19,082 nt of DNA, taken from contig JBDRWI010000046.1 of assembly GCA_039802265.1 (NCBI GenBank), positions 1-19,082 on the forward strand. Direction: 5' to 3'. Source of the DNA: a candidate division WOR-3 bacterium. GTDB taxonomy: Bacteria > Hydrothermota > Tepidihabitantia > SM23-42 > JAOAFX01. Numbering within the stretch: position 1 is the first letter of the stretch; each line of letters starts with the position of its first letter. The translations under genes were made by a program, and so were the position numbers. Shown here in pieces: positions 17,957 through 19,082 of the stretch. The notes under the pieces were generated by a model. It was not told the origin of the DNA and did not search any database. It saw nothing but the letters and a program-made list of their open reading frames with translations.

Positions 17957-19082
17957 TTAAAACTTTTGTTCGCTAATTTTTGCTTGTGCAGACCTTATCA
18001 ATTTTGCTAATTCTACTGCAAGAAAGACGATAGAAGATAGACCAATGCATATGAGTAGTTCTAAAAAAGTAAGGGGTTGGGTTTTGAAGATTGGATTTAA
18101 AAATGGTAGATATATTACTCCCATCTGTAACAAAAAGAGAATGATAGTTGAGAATACCAAAAATTTATTGGAAAATATACCAAGGGTGAATAATGATTTA
18201 TCATCAGAACGGCAGGCGAATGCATTACCCAGCTGGCTCAGACATAAGACCGTGAAGACCATTGTCTGCCAGTGGGTATCTATCTTTATGGCGATTCCCT
18301 GGGTCAAAAGCGTCACCCCTGCCATAAGTAACCCAACGAGTATTATATAAAGTCCCATTCCCCGGACAAAGAGGCTCTCCTTTGGCGGTCGTGGCCGTCT
18401 CTTCATCAAATCTTTATCAGCAATTTCTGTGGCAAGTGCCAGTGATGGAAGGCTGTCGGTAATAAGATTTATCCAGAGGAGATGAATCGGCAATAAAGGA
18501 AGGGGCAGGCCAAAGAATGGAGCAAGGAATATCGTCAATATCTCTGCAGAATTGCAGGACATTATATATTTTATAAACTTCCTGATATTATCAAATATCC
18601 GTCTTCCTTCCCTCACTGCCTTCACAATCGTTGCAAAATTATCATCTAAAAGAATCATATGGGAAGCCTCTTTTGAGACCTCGGTCCCCATTATACCCAT
18701 TGCCACGCCAATATCTGCACGCTTTAGTGCCGGTGCATCATTTACACCATCCCCGGTCATTGCTACATACTGCCCTTTATCCTGCAATGCCTTAACAATC
18801 TTTAATTTCTGTTCCGGGGCAACACGGGCATAAACCCGGATATGCTCCACCTTCTTTTCAAACTCTTCAAGGGATAATGCATCAAGTTCTTTGCCGGTAA
18901 TGACAGCCTGGGCATCATCGCTAATCATTCCGAGTTGATAGGCAATTGAGCGGGCAGTGATTGGATGGTCACCGGTAATCATCACCGGAATTATGCCGGC
19001 GGTCTTGCACTGATGGATAGCATCCTTCACTTCTAACCTGGGTGGGTCAATCATACCCACAAGCCCCAAAATGATTAGTTTA
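17957..19082 (-). CDS. P-type cation-transporting ATPase (Ca2+/P2A-like), 5' part outside the window
   Basis: Motifs DPPR, MITGDH, ARVAPEQK, MTGDGVNDAPALK and LWINLITD. The frame is open to the window edge. Confidence 0.93.
   Translation of the reverse strand, partial: KLIILGLVGMIDPPRLEVKDAIHQCKTAGIIPVMITGDHPITARSIAYQLGMISDDAQAVITGKELDALSLEEFEKKVEHIRVYARVAPEQKLKIVKALQDKGQYVAMTGDGVNDAPALKRADIGVAMGIMGTEVSKEASHMILLDDNFATIVKAVREGRRIFDNIRKFIKYIMSCNSAEILTIFLAPFFGLPLPLLPIHLLWINLITDSLPSLALATEIADKDLMKRRPRPPKESLFVRGMGLYIILVGLLMAGVTLLTQGIAIKIDTHWQTMVFTVLCLSQLGNAFACRSDDKSLFTLGIFSNKFLVFSTIILFLLQMGVIYLPFLNPIFKTQPLTFLELLICIGLSSIVFLAVELAKLIRSAQAKISEQKF

Overview
Bacterial chromosomal window with moderate GC and almost all genes on the minus strand. 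No rRNA, tRNA, CRISPR array or transposase was found. The lineage cannot be established from sequence alone. From high to low coordinates it contains: the 3' part of a P-type (Ca2+-like) ATPase; rpsT with a GT-C (ArnT/PMT-like) glycosyltransferase; metK-ahcY-serS and a small membrane protein; a sigma-54-type type IV minor-pilin operon (fimT/fimU, pilV, pilW, pilX, pilY1, one hypothetical); an Ig-repeat lipoprotein, a clan AA aspartyl protease and an exported hypothetical; a divergent PEGA-domain gene; and gyrA without gyrB upstream. The strongest unannotated signal is five sigma-70-type promoters that all have a 16-nt spacer. Four of them place an ATG exactly 5 nt after the -10 box, consistent with leaderless mRNAs. 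Also notable are a candidate sigma-54/IHF/enhancer module upstream of the pilin operon, repeat-like DNA inside protein termini, and a G-quadruplex-capable intergenic tract. No clearly novel multi-gene system is demonstrated.
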